A DNA stretch of 64,000 bases from Lepidodermella squamata (GCA_047495785.1 JBLDXI010000034.1:868001-932000), one strand, 5' to 3'. Counted from the stretch's first letter, positions 36,752-49,541 are shown. Notes: generated by a model not told the origin, from the letters alone. Translations and numbers: made by a program.

Positions 36752-39700
36752 ATGGATGATTTAAATTATCAACCTTATGCTGGAAAGCAACCGGTCGTGT
36801 GTGACGTCTGCAAAACCGATTTTCATGGTAATCGTTCATCTCGGAATAAGCACCAAAAAACCTGCACTGTACCGCAACCTCCGAAGCCCGCAACAGTACC
36901 TTCGACCTCGAATGACGTCTTCGCAGGGCTACTAACTGGTGATGATCAATCCGACCAACCGACACCTGCCGAGGTTTTTCAACTCGAACTCGATGCGGAG
37001 GACGTGCTCTGTAAAACTCTGAATGTGGCTTTGTTGGACCTTGTCTTCAAACTGAAGTTCGAATTCGCGGCTACGGAATCTATCACGAGTTTCGTAATTC
37101 AATTTATCGCTAAGCGTCTCGTTCGCTGCTTGTTGCAACACTTCAAGCCGAATTCATGCGGCTTGATTTTCGACAAAATTTTCGAAAATATGCTGACGAC
37201 GTTCAATCGTCAAAAATTGCTAGCTGCTCTGTCGCCATGCGAAGCTGAAGCCTGCGAGTCGTTTCGCTATTTATCGATCGCAACCCAAGTTGGCCATCTC
37301 CTCAACAGCAAGCCATCATTGTTGAATATATTCAAAAAGGAGAGCCTCTTGAAGTCTGATGATACCGGCGTTCTCACGTCACCATTGGACGGAGCGGTTA
37401 TTCGCCAGCTGATCGAGCAAAGCCCTTGTGAATATGTCGTTCCTTTTTTTCTATTTTTCGACGAGTTCGTCTCAGTTTCGGCATTGGGCACTTACGTAAA
37501 TCGTCAGAAAATGGCGGTGTTTCAGTGGAAAATGGTGGCAAGGTTATTCGAGAAAATGTAAGTGATTTTTCCAAAACGTTAAATTTTCGGACTGATCAGA
37601 TAAGTCCATAGTAGAACGCCTAGAACTCAAAAAGTCGCTTTCGAATAATTGGGATTAGTTATGACTAAATTAGGAAGTTATACAACCATTAGGAGGGCAA
37701 GCTTTGAGGTCGGGTCTTATTTTGCGAATTCGTGGTTTTTCGCTATAATAGTTGAATAATTTAAAATCGATACGACTATAGGTAAAAATTTCTAGCAATT
37801 GAGATCCATTTGCGAAGAATTAATATTGCGATAAATATGACATTTTCGTGGCTATTTATCGCACCGAGATTTTTAATTACTATTTTTCAGTCCTGAATAT
37901 CATTTCCTGCTGGCTGCATCCAAAAGTTGTGAACTTCCAAAAGACACGAGGAAAATAACAGGTTCGATTAATTTGACCGCAGGGGGTCACTAAATTAAAC
38001 ATCCTGTTTTGTAGCTTTGAATGCTGTTGTGAAAAAGGTCGAAACGGAAACTACTGCGCCAATTATCGTTCAAAACAAATCAGTACAAATCCTGTTGATC
38101 AGTGGTCTAGCTGATAACCTGGCTCAACATCAGCTGATCGGCCTGTTCGAGTCGTTTTCGGCGAAGCTTACCTGTAGCAAATGTGAATTGCCTCGCGGCG
38201 ACTTTGGCAAAGTATTCGTAGCGACCGATGTTCAGCTACGAACCTCCGAACGCCTCATCGCTCAGTCCGCAGAGATAGCCTCGACAAGGCTAGCTGATCG
38301 CAAGGCCATGTAAGAATATTACTGTCACTCAACTGCTAGCTTGATTTGTTTCTAATTTTTCGCCATCGTGTCCTATAAGTCCCATTAGAGTTTCTTAATC
38401 TTCAATTTTGTCACATATCATGGCCGGAAAAATTACAGAAAATTTACAAAAGGTCGAGAATATTAGGCAAGCATTTTAATAGGAATAAAAGATTCCGAAG
38501 AAGTTTGGTCCAACCCGGCAAAATGACCAAAACAGTTAACAATGGGATTTTCTGAGTGTTTCCTGTATATTTCTTCGGGTAAAATCGCTGCTCATCTCTT
38601 CGGGTATCGTTGCTCATCAATCACCCCTAATATGAAATAAATTTTTATTCAGTAATCGCTCTGAAAATTTTTAAATTAAATTTAATAAAAGTGGCTCCGA
38701 AAATGTTTTAATTTAATTTAATAAAAATGGATCAGAAAATGTTCAAATTAAATTCAAATTTTCAAAATTGCTATACGTATACGAAATTTTAAATTCAAAT
38801 TTTCAAAATTGCTATACGTATACAAAATTTCAAATTCAAATTTTCGAAATTGCTATACAATATTTTAAATCAATTTTTTCGAAATTGTTTTGAAAATTAA
38901 ACAAATCCTATTCTCAAACTATCTAGCTAAATAACCTTATTTTTCACAGCATGTCCAAATATGGTTTCACGGGCCATCTCTCAGCGTTCATCGAGGTTCG
39001 GCATTTGAAGCCGATTTTCCCGGCGTGCATCGTTAGTGAACCGGCCCATGACTACCTTGAAGGTGTGGCCGATTACACCCTCACCGGCGCCCTAACCAAG
39101 GCAAAAACCAGCTACGGCCTGAACGATGAAGACCTGAACCGAGCTATCGAGCAACATCGATTCGACAAAATCGCAACTTACGAGGCCGCACCTTCAGCTA
39201 ATTTCAAAATCGTTTCCGGGGAAATGAAGACGCATCAAAATGCAAGTCAAATGCGGACACTTCTTCCGCGATTGGGTTTCGTGCTCGATAAAACCAAACT
39301 GGTGACAAGCCCCACGTTCTTTGGAACTCCTGAATATCGATGCGTCACCCTGTTGAATCAAGTTTTGGCCTTCGTATTCTCGAGCCATATTTTCAAGGAA
39401 GACGTTCAACTGCTCGAAAATTTAATATTCAAATTTCTGCAACTAACTGCAAAAACCTACGGCGAATCAGCGATCGTTACGAAGTTTCATAACTCCATCC
39501 ACTACCCGCAGCAGATTCTCGACTTTGGTCCCGCTCGATTTTACTCTTCACTTGGCTTCGAGCGTGGCCTATCAAAGATGGAGCCAAAAACCTACAACAA
39601 CCCAATGCTTCAGATTTTTAACATTGCGAAGCATCAATCAGGGAGATTTTTGAGCAGTGCTGAAATTTCGGGCTCGGTTGAAGGCGGCAAGGTGAGCAAG

Positions 39701-40099
39701 CTGAAGGACAAGTTGGTTGGCTGCGATCTGGGCGAGCTTCAGCTGCCAGTCGAGGCGAGGGTTCATGCTTCAATTCGGTTCAATGGCGCCTTTTTCACCA
39801 CCGGAGCGTCAATTTCGACATCGAAGCCCGAGGTTGGCTGGTTCGAACCCGGCAAAGAAATGACATTTCACTTCATCAAACTTATTTATTCACACGAGAA
39901 TGAGCTTTACTTTGTGTTATCGGAACTAGAGATTGACCGATTTTGTAAGAAGTATTCGTCATTCCTCGTCAAATTTACTGAACCTCGAAAATTTCAACTC
40001 ATTCCTCATTCTGCTTTGCCTATCAAGCGCTGCTTCGCCATCATCAAACATAACGGTTTGAATTATTTGAATATCGACTCGCTGCCTTACAAATTCTAG
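36752..40099 (+). CDS. EnSpm/CACTA-type (CMC) transposase
   Basis: Exons 36752-~37542 (or 37558), 37891-~37961, ~38015-38309 and 38950-40099. N-terminal CxxC...HxxxC finger, FFLFFDEF, ADNLAQHQLIGLFESFS..CSKC, HDYLEGV, KFHNSIHYPQQILDFGP...FER. Confidence 0.85.
38748..38885. repeat. ~41-bp tandem repeat x3 in a transposase intron
   Basis: AAATTCAAATTTTCAAAATTGCTATACGTATAC units. Confidence 0.75.
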
Positions 40100-41236
40100 A
40101 TTGAACGCTCGCAATGACGTACTCATAATAATGAAACAGACTGTATGATTTTAGCAGTTATTTATGCTCTTGATGCCCTGATGTTGGAAGCCTCAGCTAT
40201 TGTCGAGTAATTGTTGATAAATATTGATGTATCGCTGCTAATCAATAATTATTATTCAAGCATCTCAATTTTATTCCGTCTCCATTGTATCATGGGAATG
40301 AATTTGATTAGCGAAGCAAATTTTAATAAAATTTGGGCCGAAAACGTGTCTGTCGTTTTGTTTATCACGATTGGATGAGCGTGAAAAGCAGCCGAGGACA
40401 GGTGGGCGGGTCGGCGCGCCCGGGCGGGGTTTTGCGCAACGAATGGGCCGCTGGCGCCTTGATAGAAGACCTTGAAAGACACCAACTGTTTATCTCACCG
40501 TTAAGGTGGATGCATGATGCCTCCTTCTAAGACATACCAAGCTTGAAAGGCGACACAGGTCGCCTGACAAGGAGGATGCATTCATATATATAATAGCCTC
40601 CTTATGAGGCTCCTTGTAAGGGGTTTATTTTTTCCAGTGAACCATGTACACCCTACTAACCGTGCCACTGGCCAGCTTGGTCAAGCCACTTTTCGTCGTC
40701 TCAATCGGCAAGCATTACATGTCCCCGATCCGGTTTATAGACATTATCGTGGCTATTACAGTCGGACTCATCGTTATTGCGGCAGATATTTACTTTTTCA
40801 ATGATCTATTAAACAACGATTTTTGAAATTTCAATTTCAATTCTCAACATCCGACGGAAAATAAAAAAAAATAAAAATTTAGTTATGTAAAACTTAGTTT
40901 AGTAATTTTTAATTTTTCGAATATTAATTTGAATTTTTCGAAATTTTGAAAAAATTGAGATTCAAATACTGGAAGAATTTCGGAATTTCAAGAAATATAA
41001 AAAATTTAAATTTAAATTTTGATTTTTTTCAATTTTTCCTGATTTTCCTGATTTTTATACGGATTTTTAAATAAAAAAGACATCATTCATTTGTTGCGCG
41101 ATCGATCACATACATATTTGCGCTTATATTGATTCACCCTGGGTGACAAATAAAAAATTAGACCCCCAATATCGATCCGCCACTCAAATAAAGACCTGCA
41201 AAGCAATAAGAAAGAGCACCTATTACGATCACCTGA

Positions 41237-42743
41237 ATGATGCTAGTGGGCAATAAAGCGCGTGTTATGTTATTTTACTTCATAAAATGTGTAGCCACCT
41301 TAAATCAGCCGGTAATTGAAGAATTAGAACAGATTTATTCTTCGAAATGGTGCCCAAGTGTGGCCACCCTGAGTCTACCAACCGAAACTATGATTCGAAA
41401 CAACTTCACGCAGCCGTTCACCGTTGAAGCCTGGATATACATTTTCCGCTTCATTGAAATCAACGATCTGGACCAACGACTTTCCTTATTCCTATACTTC
41501 ACCTTTGAATGGCCCTACCCATGTAAACCAATCGGGAAATGCTCGGATTTGCTGGATGAATCATCGGAACTTTGCAAATTAACCCAGGCGAGATTGGAGA
41601 AAATCTACTATTTAACGAGCCCCCTTAAAATTTGGCACCCATTCCTGTCACACTTGAATGCGTTCGAAGAACCGAGGCCATTTGAGTCGAAAGGCGGTAG
41701 TGGCGGTGATTTAGTTTTTATCTACCCATTCGCGAAAAATGGCCCTTATGCAGTTGCGAGTTATTCGAGGCGAATCGACACGTCATGCACGACGTTTTCG
41801 TTCCGCAAATTTCCATTCGACACGCTTGAGTGCGCCCTGCTGATTGAACCTGACGAAGGGTTCAATTTCGTTAATATGGACGTGCAATATTTCGGCGTTG
41901 ACCTGTCAACCGATCGCGGCCTCATGAGTGACACTGATGTTTGGTCACTGGGCAACGAAGACGACCCGGGGTCGAATTTTTCGTGGGAGGTGCAAAATGT
42001 TACCGAATCTGCGGATGTCATTTCGCGAATGGTGCTGACGTGCCGGTTTAGGCGGAAGTACTACTATTATGTGGCTAATATGATGCTGCCCACCTATGCG
42101 ACCTATGCTCTTCAGGTTTTCTGCCTCGCTTTGCCACCATTCGTCCCAGATAGGTAATATTCACCAAATTTTAAAATTGGAATTTTTTAGAATTTTTGTA
42201 AATTTCAAAATATTTTTTAATTTCAATGTTTTTGATGAATTTTTAATTTTTGAAAAATATTTGAAATATTTGATTATTTTTATTCAAAAATTTTATTTAA
42301 AAAAAATTCTGGTAGCTATTTTTGAATTTCCAGGAATTTCAAAAATTTCAAATTTTTTATTTTTATTTTTCTATTTTCAGATTTATTTTAGAATTTTCTT
42401 TTAATTGTAAACGATTTTTTTCTCAATTTCAAGGCCTGCTTTTGCAGTCGCAGCGGTTCTGGCTAATTCCGTCCTAATGAGCATGGTTTTCGACAGCATC
42501 CCGCGGACCTCTGAAGTTGTCTATTTCGTCTCGATGGTCGTCTCAAAATTTGTACTCGGCCTTGTGCTAACCACCTACACGCTGTTCACCGTTCCATTAG
42601 CGGCGCAGTGGAGATCGAAAAAAATCATCGTTTTTAAATACCGGTTTTTTGTACTTCGAATCGCTGATTGCTTCGCGGCTGGATTTGCTATAATTACCGT
42701 GATAATTATCGACATTTCCTGCTTTAATAACATGCTTAACTGA
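41237..42743 (+). CDS. pLGIC subunit (subfamily B), intact
   Basis: Exons 41237-42153 and 42434-42743. Loop CTTFSFRKFPFDTLEC; M1-M4 present; a phase-2 intron in the DR codon shared with the paralogues. Confidence 0.9.
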
Positions 42744-42913
42744 TTAAGCTTTAAATCCCGGTTAAAATTCAATGTATTTTATTTTTTAAGAATAAAATTT
42801 TTTAGCAAAATAAATTGTACTAAAAATGCACTGAAAAATGTGTTTTTCAATTTCTTTTGCGATAATAACAGGTGAAATGAGTGTTTACAATTTTCCAAAC
42901 GTTTGAAACACCT

Positions 42914-43005
42914 TGATGACGTCAATGAAACGAGCGGCTCAAAACAGCCAGTGCGCTTTTCAAGCTATAAAAACGGTTGATTTTTCGCCTTAATATCAAC
43001 CAGTC
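42914..43005 (+). promoter_or_regulatory. Putative core promoter of the Cys-rich peptide gene (CRE-like TGACGTCA, TATA box, Inr-like CAGT)
   Basis: TGACGTCA at ~42917, TATAAAA at ~42966 and CAGTC at 43001, upstream of the ATG at 43053. Confidence 0.5.
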
Positions 43006-43052
43006 TTCAAAGTTTGAAAAGTATATTCCAGCTTAATAAATTTCGATATATT

Positions 43053-43442
43053 ATGGCTATTTCTTTTCACGAAAATCGCATTTTTCGCCGTTATTATTGC
43101 CACACTTTCGGCAATTATCAACGCTCTTCCAACAAGCACAACTGAAAGTGATATCGGGTACCTAACAATCGATAATTTGAGCGCGACAAATCCTTATGAG
43201 GTATTAGTTGAAATTTAATTTAAAAAATTTGAAATTTCAATTTTCTCATATTTTTCAAGTATCGGCTCATTCGAGAGAAGCGAGGCACCTCTTTGCGTTA
43301 CGGTTGTAGCCAAAGTGGCTGGTGCTGGGGTTCATGTGGCTGGAGCGATATCAACGACTGGTGCTGGCTGAAAGGTGGCCGATGCTCATCGAAGGGTGAC
43401 TGCAACCCATCCAATGATTGCAGCGGCAGCTGTGGCCAATAA
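43053..43442 (+). CDS. Secreted pre-pro-peptide with a 52-aa, 8-Cys mature domain; apparent 1-nt frameshift near the start
   Basis: Exon 1 ends at 43200 (..TKIAFFAVIIATLSAIINA LPTS...NPYE). Exon 2 (43260-43442) reads YRLIREKR|GTSLRYGCSQSGWCWGSCGWSDINDWCWLKGGRCSSKGDCNPSNDCSGSCGQ*. The ATG at 43053 is in frame only if one T is removed from the T-run at ~43064-43067. Confidence 0.75.
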
Positions 43443-43716
43443 AACATTAATTAAATATTTTTTTAAATTAATTTAAAAGTTATTATGCTTTAATAACTTG
43501 AAGCATAATTGATTCTAATCAATATCAAATTACTATGATATTTTTTTAAATATCTGCATTCAATTTTAATTTTAATTTTTTATTTTTCAACGCATGCTTC
43601 AACAAAGTAATAAAATGGCACGCGATCTATTTGTATTTTCATGAATCAAGTCAATTCAGTTAACTTTACGTTCCTCATTTTTTTCGTTGAAATAATTTAT
43701 TATCGCAAATTATTAA

Positions 43717-46264
43717 ATGCTCGCACATAGGCGGAGAAGATTGATCGAATTCGCCTTAATTTTAATCGCTCTTTTATACCTGCTTCTCTTCGTCGTTTCG
43801 TCCATCCTCAATTCGAATGAAGATGCCGAATTTAGCCACCAATTTTCTAAATTCACCATCAATCATGCCGGGCTTGAAGATGAATCGATGAACCTCGAAC
43901 AGCCGCTTTTCGATGTTTACCGGGAAGAATGCGAACGGTATAAAGCTGAAACGCCGCATTGTAGCGAGATGTTGGAGGAGAAAATCGCAGCTGGGGATTA
44001 CAGGCGACTTGATTTTTCGGCGGAAAATGGCGACGATGGCATGACCGATTTGAGCCGTGTTCTTCTCGTCGTATATTTCAATGACCCGCATTACGTATCG
44101 GCGGCCAAAGTCTACGCCCTTTATTCAGAGTAAGCGAAATCTTTTTTCGAATTTTTTTAATTTATTTTCAAAATTTTCAAAATTCAAAATTTAAATTTGC
44201 AAAAATCAGTTAAAATTTCAGTTTTGAAAAATTTAAATTTTCAAATAAAAATGTATATTTCTTAATTTTTCCAATTTTTTCAGAATTTTTGCCGAAATTA
44301 TGTTCTGCGGACCCAAGATGAATTTTTCCGAATTTTGGCCGACTTCGCCTAAAATCCGAAATAAATACATCTCAATACCTGACCACGTTCGTTTCGTGTA
44401 CTACAATGAGGCTAAAATCGACCAGGGCCAAGGTTCCTATCTTTGCATTGATTCCGCTCTCGAAGCTATCGGCCAAGATGAGGCTGAGGCTATGTTCGAT
44501 GGCGTACTTCTGTTGGCTGATGATGTTACGATTAATGTTCATAATTGGAAGGAGGAAGAATTGTCGACTAAAAAATCGTGGTCCTATCTTCAATCGACGA
44601 TACCTATGCGATTCATTTACGACGTAGACTTGGTAAAAATTTATAAAAATTTGAAAAATATTCTTTTTAATATTATAAATTCATTTCAATAATTCAATAA
44701 TTTTAGAATTAATTTCAGATTTTTCTGTAATTTTGAATATTTTTTTTTTAATTATTTTAAAATAGCAAAATGAATGTACCGGTGAGAATGAAAATCGCGA
44801 GGAAGATTGCACGCTTCGGTCTCGTTTTGTTAAAATGTGGGATTTTTACCCTCACCTCATCGCGCTTCATAACGAGCTGGACCAATTAGCCAATGAAGAT
44901 CCGGAATTCTGGGGTGCGGCTCGCGAACGGCTCCACCGAGCAACAGGTGGGTCGAGACGCGTCACCAGCGGACCGGCCGAAATTCTATACTCACCGAAGC
45001 ACATGTGGTCGACGCATCGAAAAGTCATTCAGCTTTTTAACAAGTAATTAATTTATATTTTAATTTAAAAAATTCAAAATAATTTTTTCGAAATTTTTGA
45101 AATTTTGAAATAATTTAAAACAATAATTCGAAGGTTATTTCGATTTTTTCTCTCAATTTTCAGAATTAAATTCTAATTTAAAAAACTTTCAGGCACGAAG
45201 TTTGGCTCGAATTTGCCGCTCCAACCATTATGGCGGCCTCTGTAGAGCCCGAAGATCACGTCAGCCTGAAACACGAAGCAATTGACCTATTTCGCGGGTT
45301 CATCCGCAATAAAACAGCCGCCGATGGCTACGCAAGCTACCACCAAGCTATTCACCCTATAAAATTGAGTTCGGTCTTCAAAGAACGGCATGCTGATTTT
45401 GTGTTGAACATGTCCCAAGTTCCAAGCTGGTCATCGAATGTCAATCGCCATCTCAGGAATGATCCGACTAAAAATTGTGTCTATTGCTATCTACTCGAAC
45501 TGAATCATAATTACGCAAAATTCCAGTTGGAAAAACGAATGCCCCAGAAACCAGGTCAAATTTTGGTAACTGGGTCGAAAAGCGGTGAATTTTTCTCAAA
45601 ATCGAATTTTTTCATGGAGGTTGATCGTCGAAAGCAATCAGCCTCGATTTCGACCTTATTAAACTGCGATTTTCGGACACGTTTAGCGAAGGTCGAACTT
45701 TTGAGTCAAAAAGGTGAAATTTCGAAAATGTTACTCGATTGCCTGGTCGAAACTAGCCAGAACCTTTTGGAATGTCAATCGAAGCTGGAACCGAAATGTC
45801 GCGAATCGGATTTTGCTGTAGTTCAAAGCTCGAACTTCGATTATCAAGTTTTGAGGCGAATTTTCGACATTAATCGCAAGGTGAAACTGGTTCATTTCGT
45901 GCCGGATCCTCGAAGCATTGCGGCTATCGATTTTTCTGAAGATTCTGATTTTAAATTGATGGCGTCTACAATTTGCGAAAAATTGCGGCAAGATTTGGTT
46001 AACGTTTGGAAATTGCCGAAAAATCGAGTCATGGTCGTTACTTATGAAGAGTTTTTAAACAATCCTGAGGTGACTACTACTACACTGGCTCAATTTCTCG
46101 ATACGAATGAATTTGAGGAGGCTGAGCGGTGGGCCAGGGCAGCGCTTGGTATCAATATTGGTTGGCAGAATCAGCTGAGTGATGGGCAAGTGGCTGTTAT
46201 GGTTGAAAAATGTCTCGAGAGCCAATTCCTCGCGAACAATCTCGAATGGATATTTTATCGATGA
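43717..46264 (+). CDS. STELLO/DUF288-like glycosyltransferase + sulfotransferase-like domain (copy 4)
   Basis: Four exons with the same intron positions as copies 1-2. GVLLLADDV, AIHPIKLS, LVHFVPDPRS, VVTYEEFLNNP. Confidence 0.8.
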
Positions 46265-46376
46265 AGAATGGAAGATGTTTAGTGAATAAAAGCTAATGAT
46301 CTAACTGGGTTCTTTTTTAATTCAATTTAAGTTCAATTTGAATGAGTAAGATCGATGCAACTGAGATTTTGCTTTG

Positions 46377-46513
46377 CAGTATCGAAACAGTCGCGACACC
46401 TCATCTCTGGGACTCCAACCAGAGGGAGGCTGAAAAAACCACAGGGGGGACCCTTCGACTGGGGACTGGGGGCTAGAAAACACCTCAGCTCACGGATCCT
46501 ACTTCGCACACTG
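46377..46513. mobile_element. MITE related to 5962-6108
   Basis: Ends in CCTACTTCGCACACTG, starts with a degenerate CAGTATCGAAAC, and shares internal AAAAAACC(A/G)CAGGGG. No TSD was found. Confidence 0.45.
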
Positions 46514-46619
46514 CTCCATAGTCAGAGCTGGGTTGTTTTCCAGCACCTCAACTGACACAAAGCAGAATAGTATGACAACGTTTTTATTTGTTAGCAGCAT
46601 CTCTAGAATCAGCAGAATT

Positions 46620-47103
46620 CCTTTACGACCGCGTGTGATCTAGTAATATCGTCTCCATCACATTCATTTTCCTCACTTTTTGAGCTCTAAATCTGCTCAA
46701 AGCTGTAGACTTTAAGGCTGTGCCCACTCGATAAAACTCCTCGTGACCTGTTTTAGCCACCTCATTGGCGAAGTCTGCTCGCATGCACGCATGTCTTGTG
46801 GCTCCGCTTCTTATGGCGACTAAACAATAGAAAATTCGGATGCCCGACCGCGCGCGCGCGTCTGAAGAGGCAATGATAAAGCAATCCGACGGTCTCCTCA
46901 TCTTCTGTTGGGGACGCAGTTTTGCCGATTTACTCCCGGAGCGGCTTCGTAGGCAAAAATTGAGCGGAGCATCGGTTTGATTATCCTATAGCAGCAGCGA
47001 CAACCTGTAGAAGAATATCATATACGAAAGCATGTATCGAATGATATTAAGAGGATCATACCAATATGACAGCGATGATGACAGCTAGCTTTGCCGTGAT
47101 CAT
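46620..47103 (-). pseudogene. Secreted peptide family member A (disrupted)
   Basis: Exon 1 is 47103-47062 (MITAKLAVIIAVIL). Exon 2 from 47004 reads VVAAAIG*. Downstream sequence GAAGCGGAGCC..ATGCGAGCAG resembles copies B and D. Confidence 0.65.
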
Positions 47104-47449
47104 GGAGAATGGAGTGACCGCATGTTGTTCGCAACAAAGAATTATCATTTTTTAAACAAGATGCAAAAGAGAAAAATGATGAGCCTAGGGTGAGCTCGCC
47201 TATCGATTTGCTTTTCTCTAGACGTCTGCCTGCTGAGTTCACAACGATTAAAGTTGGCAAGGTGATCTACAAGATCGTAGCGAAATGTTTTTTATTTGTA
47301 TGATCGTCGCCGCCAACCGCCGACTTAGATCATTGTATGCTCAGCGGGCAGACGTCTAGAAAACAGCTCATCGAGAGGCGAGTTCACCCCAAGTTCATTA
47401 TTCAGTTTTTCGTCTCTTTTGAAAAGTGATAATTCTTGAAGTAAAAACT

Positions 47450-47872
47450 ATGGCCAAGCTAGCTGTCATTATTGCTGTCCTGTTGGTATGCTTTTCCGCA
47501 GTAGTGTTATTATACTTTATCGTTTGTGCTATTCTTTTACAGTTTGTTGCTTCTGCTGTAGATTTTGCAGATTGCAGGCGTAAAAAAGATGATGGACAAG
47601 TCGTCTTCAGACTTTTGTAACAGACTTTTTTTTTCGTATGTGATATTATTGTACAGTTTGTTTCTTCTGCTGTAGTAACGAGAGCTGATATCGTTAAGAA
47701 GATAGAACAACAGACAGCTAAGAAGCAACAGTGGGAGAAATGCGCTAGGGACTACCGACATGACCAAGCGGGGAGACAAAAATGCGTTAATAACATTCCG
47801 CGAGAAGAAGCGGAGCCTCAGGAAGCCATGCGAGCAGCCTTCGCCTATGGGATGGCCGGAATTGCAAACTGA
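47450..47872 (+). CDS. Secreted peptide family member B
   Basis: Exon 47450-47485 (MAKLAVIIAVLL) spliced to 47657-47872 gives FVSSAVVTRADIVKKIEQQTAKKQQWEKCARDYRHDQAGRQKCVNNIPREEAEPQEAMRAAFAYGMAGIAN*. There is an alternative acceptor at 47543. Confidence 0.65.
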
Positions 47873-48124
47873 GAGTTGTACGGCAAGCTGGCTGCATGGA
47901 AAGTTGGCAGCAAGTGAGAATGAGCTGAAGATGAATACAGTTAGTTGACACCTGTCGCTGCCGCATTGAAGTGTTGTTGAATGTAGACATAAGTATCACT
48001 GCTAACTAATAAAAACTTTGTGCGTTAAATTTCTTGAAAAAGTGTTCATATTTTAATCGCGACTTCAAGGCATACACAATTTGGCAATGAAACTTCAATG
48101 TCCCATTGCGAAGTCCCGACATAA

Positions 48125-48314
48125 CGTTAGCGCCGTTGAATAACTCGGATTTTAGCGCCGTTGAATAACTCGGATTTAGGCTTATTTGCGTCAGTTTCAA
48201 GGTGACGGGTGCCAAGTAACAAGCGGTGAACGAAGACGCAAACACAAGCAGCTTTTTACTTGTCATCAGCCACCTAACAACAGCCTAAATCCGAGTTATT
48301 CAACGGCGCTAACG
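48125..48314. mobile_element. MITE with ~33-bp TIRs; left arm partly duplicated in tandem
   Basis: CGTTAGCGCCGTTGAATAACTCGGATTT(AGGCT) ... AGCCTAAATCCGAGTTATTCAACGGCGCTAACG. A degenerate second copy lies at ~52922-53095. Confidence 0.75.
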
Positions 48315-48765
48315 ATACCATCAATCCCAATTAAGAGGTATTTTGAAAAATATTCACCGATGCGTGACGCGTTTCATCAGCGCCATCTGGCTAGCAACTC
48401 ACTAAAACTTAATCCCTGCCTCGTTTACAGCCCCCGCTCGCTGTCTCCCCCGATAATTGCACGACCCTGGACCCGGCCCCCATGCAGATATCGGAGGAGC
48501 ACTCTATGGTGCGCATGTTTTCTGCGAAGACATTTTGAAGCCAGTTTTGATGCGGCAGGGATGAATTTTCGCTAGCGAGCAATTGAAAATGTAAAATTGA
48601 TAGAAAATGACGAATGACAATTCGCTCTTCCCCACTGTTTTTTTATTAACAAGCCTCATCGGTCTCATCTACAGCTTTCTCATCTCTGTCTCATCTACAG
48701 CAGTCACAACTGACATCATAAACCTCGCACCACACTTAATGATGTCAAAGCCACAAGAATTGACT

Positions 48766-49124
48766 TCAGAGCTTAATGTAGAATTTTTGGTTCGACGGGC
48801 TTTGAACGACATCAGTCGAGCAGCCGCTGAGAGGTGTACAGTAGTTGCGGTGGGGTCCCGACATCTGGATTGCCTTGCAAGACTTGTCGCGGGAGCAAAT
48901 AAAAGCGCACTCTTTGGTAGTCTTATGCATAACGGCCAGCTTTCCCTGAGGAAGGAGGATTTTACCGCCGAGGTCGCATCTCAATTTCGTGAGCTTATAT
49001 CCCATAGGAGCTACAGATTCGAATAAAATATAATATCAAACATGTGGATTACTCGTTTCAACTCACCTTTGCCTGCAATCGCAAGTCCGATGAATAAAAC
49101 TATGACAAAAAAAGCCTTCATCAT
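48766..49124 (-). CDS. Small secreted single PAN/apple-like domain protein
   Basis: Exon 49124-49067 (MMKAFFVIVLFIGLAIAGK, signal peptide); exon 49010-48766 (APMGYKLTKLRC...KECAFICSRDKSCKAI...YCTPLSGC...FYIKL*). Confidence 0.75.
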
Positions 49125-49541
49125 CTCGAAAACGTGATGCTTTGCAAAAAGTTGATAGTTGAATCGTAAAATAAAATGAACAACTGGCTGCAGTGTGAGG
49201 CGGTAGGGTGTGGGGCTCGGCGATCTGTCGCGTCGTCGCAGCTGAAAACACCGTAGATAGACTGTGTGCACGCATGGCTTTTGTGGCTCCGCTTCTTGTC
49301 GCCCAGTGGTTGATTTGCACTTTTTTTATGCATTCAAACGCATAATGATTAAAGTTGGCAAGGTGATCTACAAGATGTTAGCGAAATTTGTATGATCGTC
49401 GCCGCCAACCGCCAACTTTGATCATTGTATGCTCAGCAGGCAGACGTCTAGAAAACAGCTCATCGAGAGGCGAGTTCACCCCAAGTTCATTATTCAGTTT
49501 TTTGTCTTTTTTGAAAAGTGATAATTCTTGAAGGGATAACT

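Larger units (their letters stand above)
32411..40639 (+). mobile_element. Full-length CACTA/EnSpm-type (CMC superfamily) DNA transposon, 8229 bp
   Basis: Termini CACTGATAAAAATAGCCTCCTTA ... TAAGGGGTTTATTTTTTCCAGTG; 2-bp TSD AA (32409-32410 and 40640-40641). Encodes a transposase and an accessory ORF. Confidence 0.9.
31105..40826 (+). pseudogene. pLGIC subunit (subfamily B) interrupted in M3 by an 8.2-kb transposon
   Basis: Exon 1 is 31105-32003 (CTSFSIRYFPFDHLQC, YYVANMMIP). Exon 2 starts at 32274 (RPTFAMTAVLANS...AGLFI) and resumes at 40642 (TMYTLLTVPLA...DF*). Removing the element and one TSD restores the frame. Confidence 0.9.
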
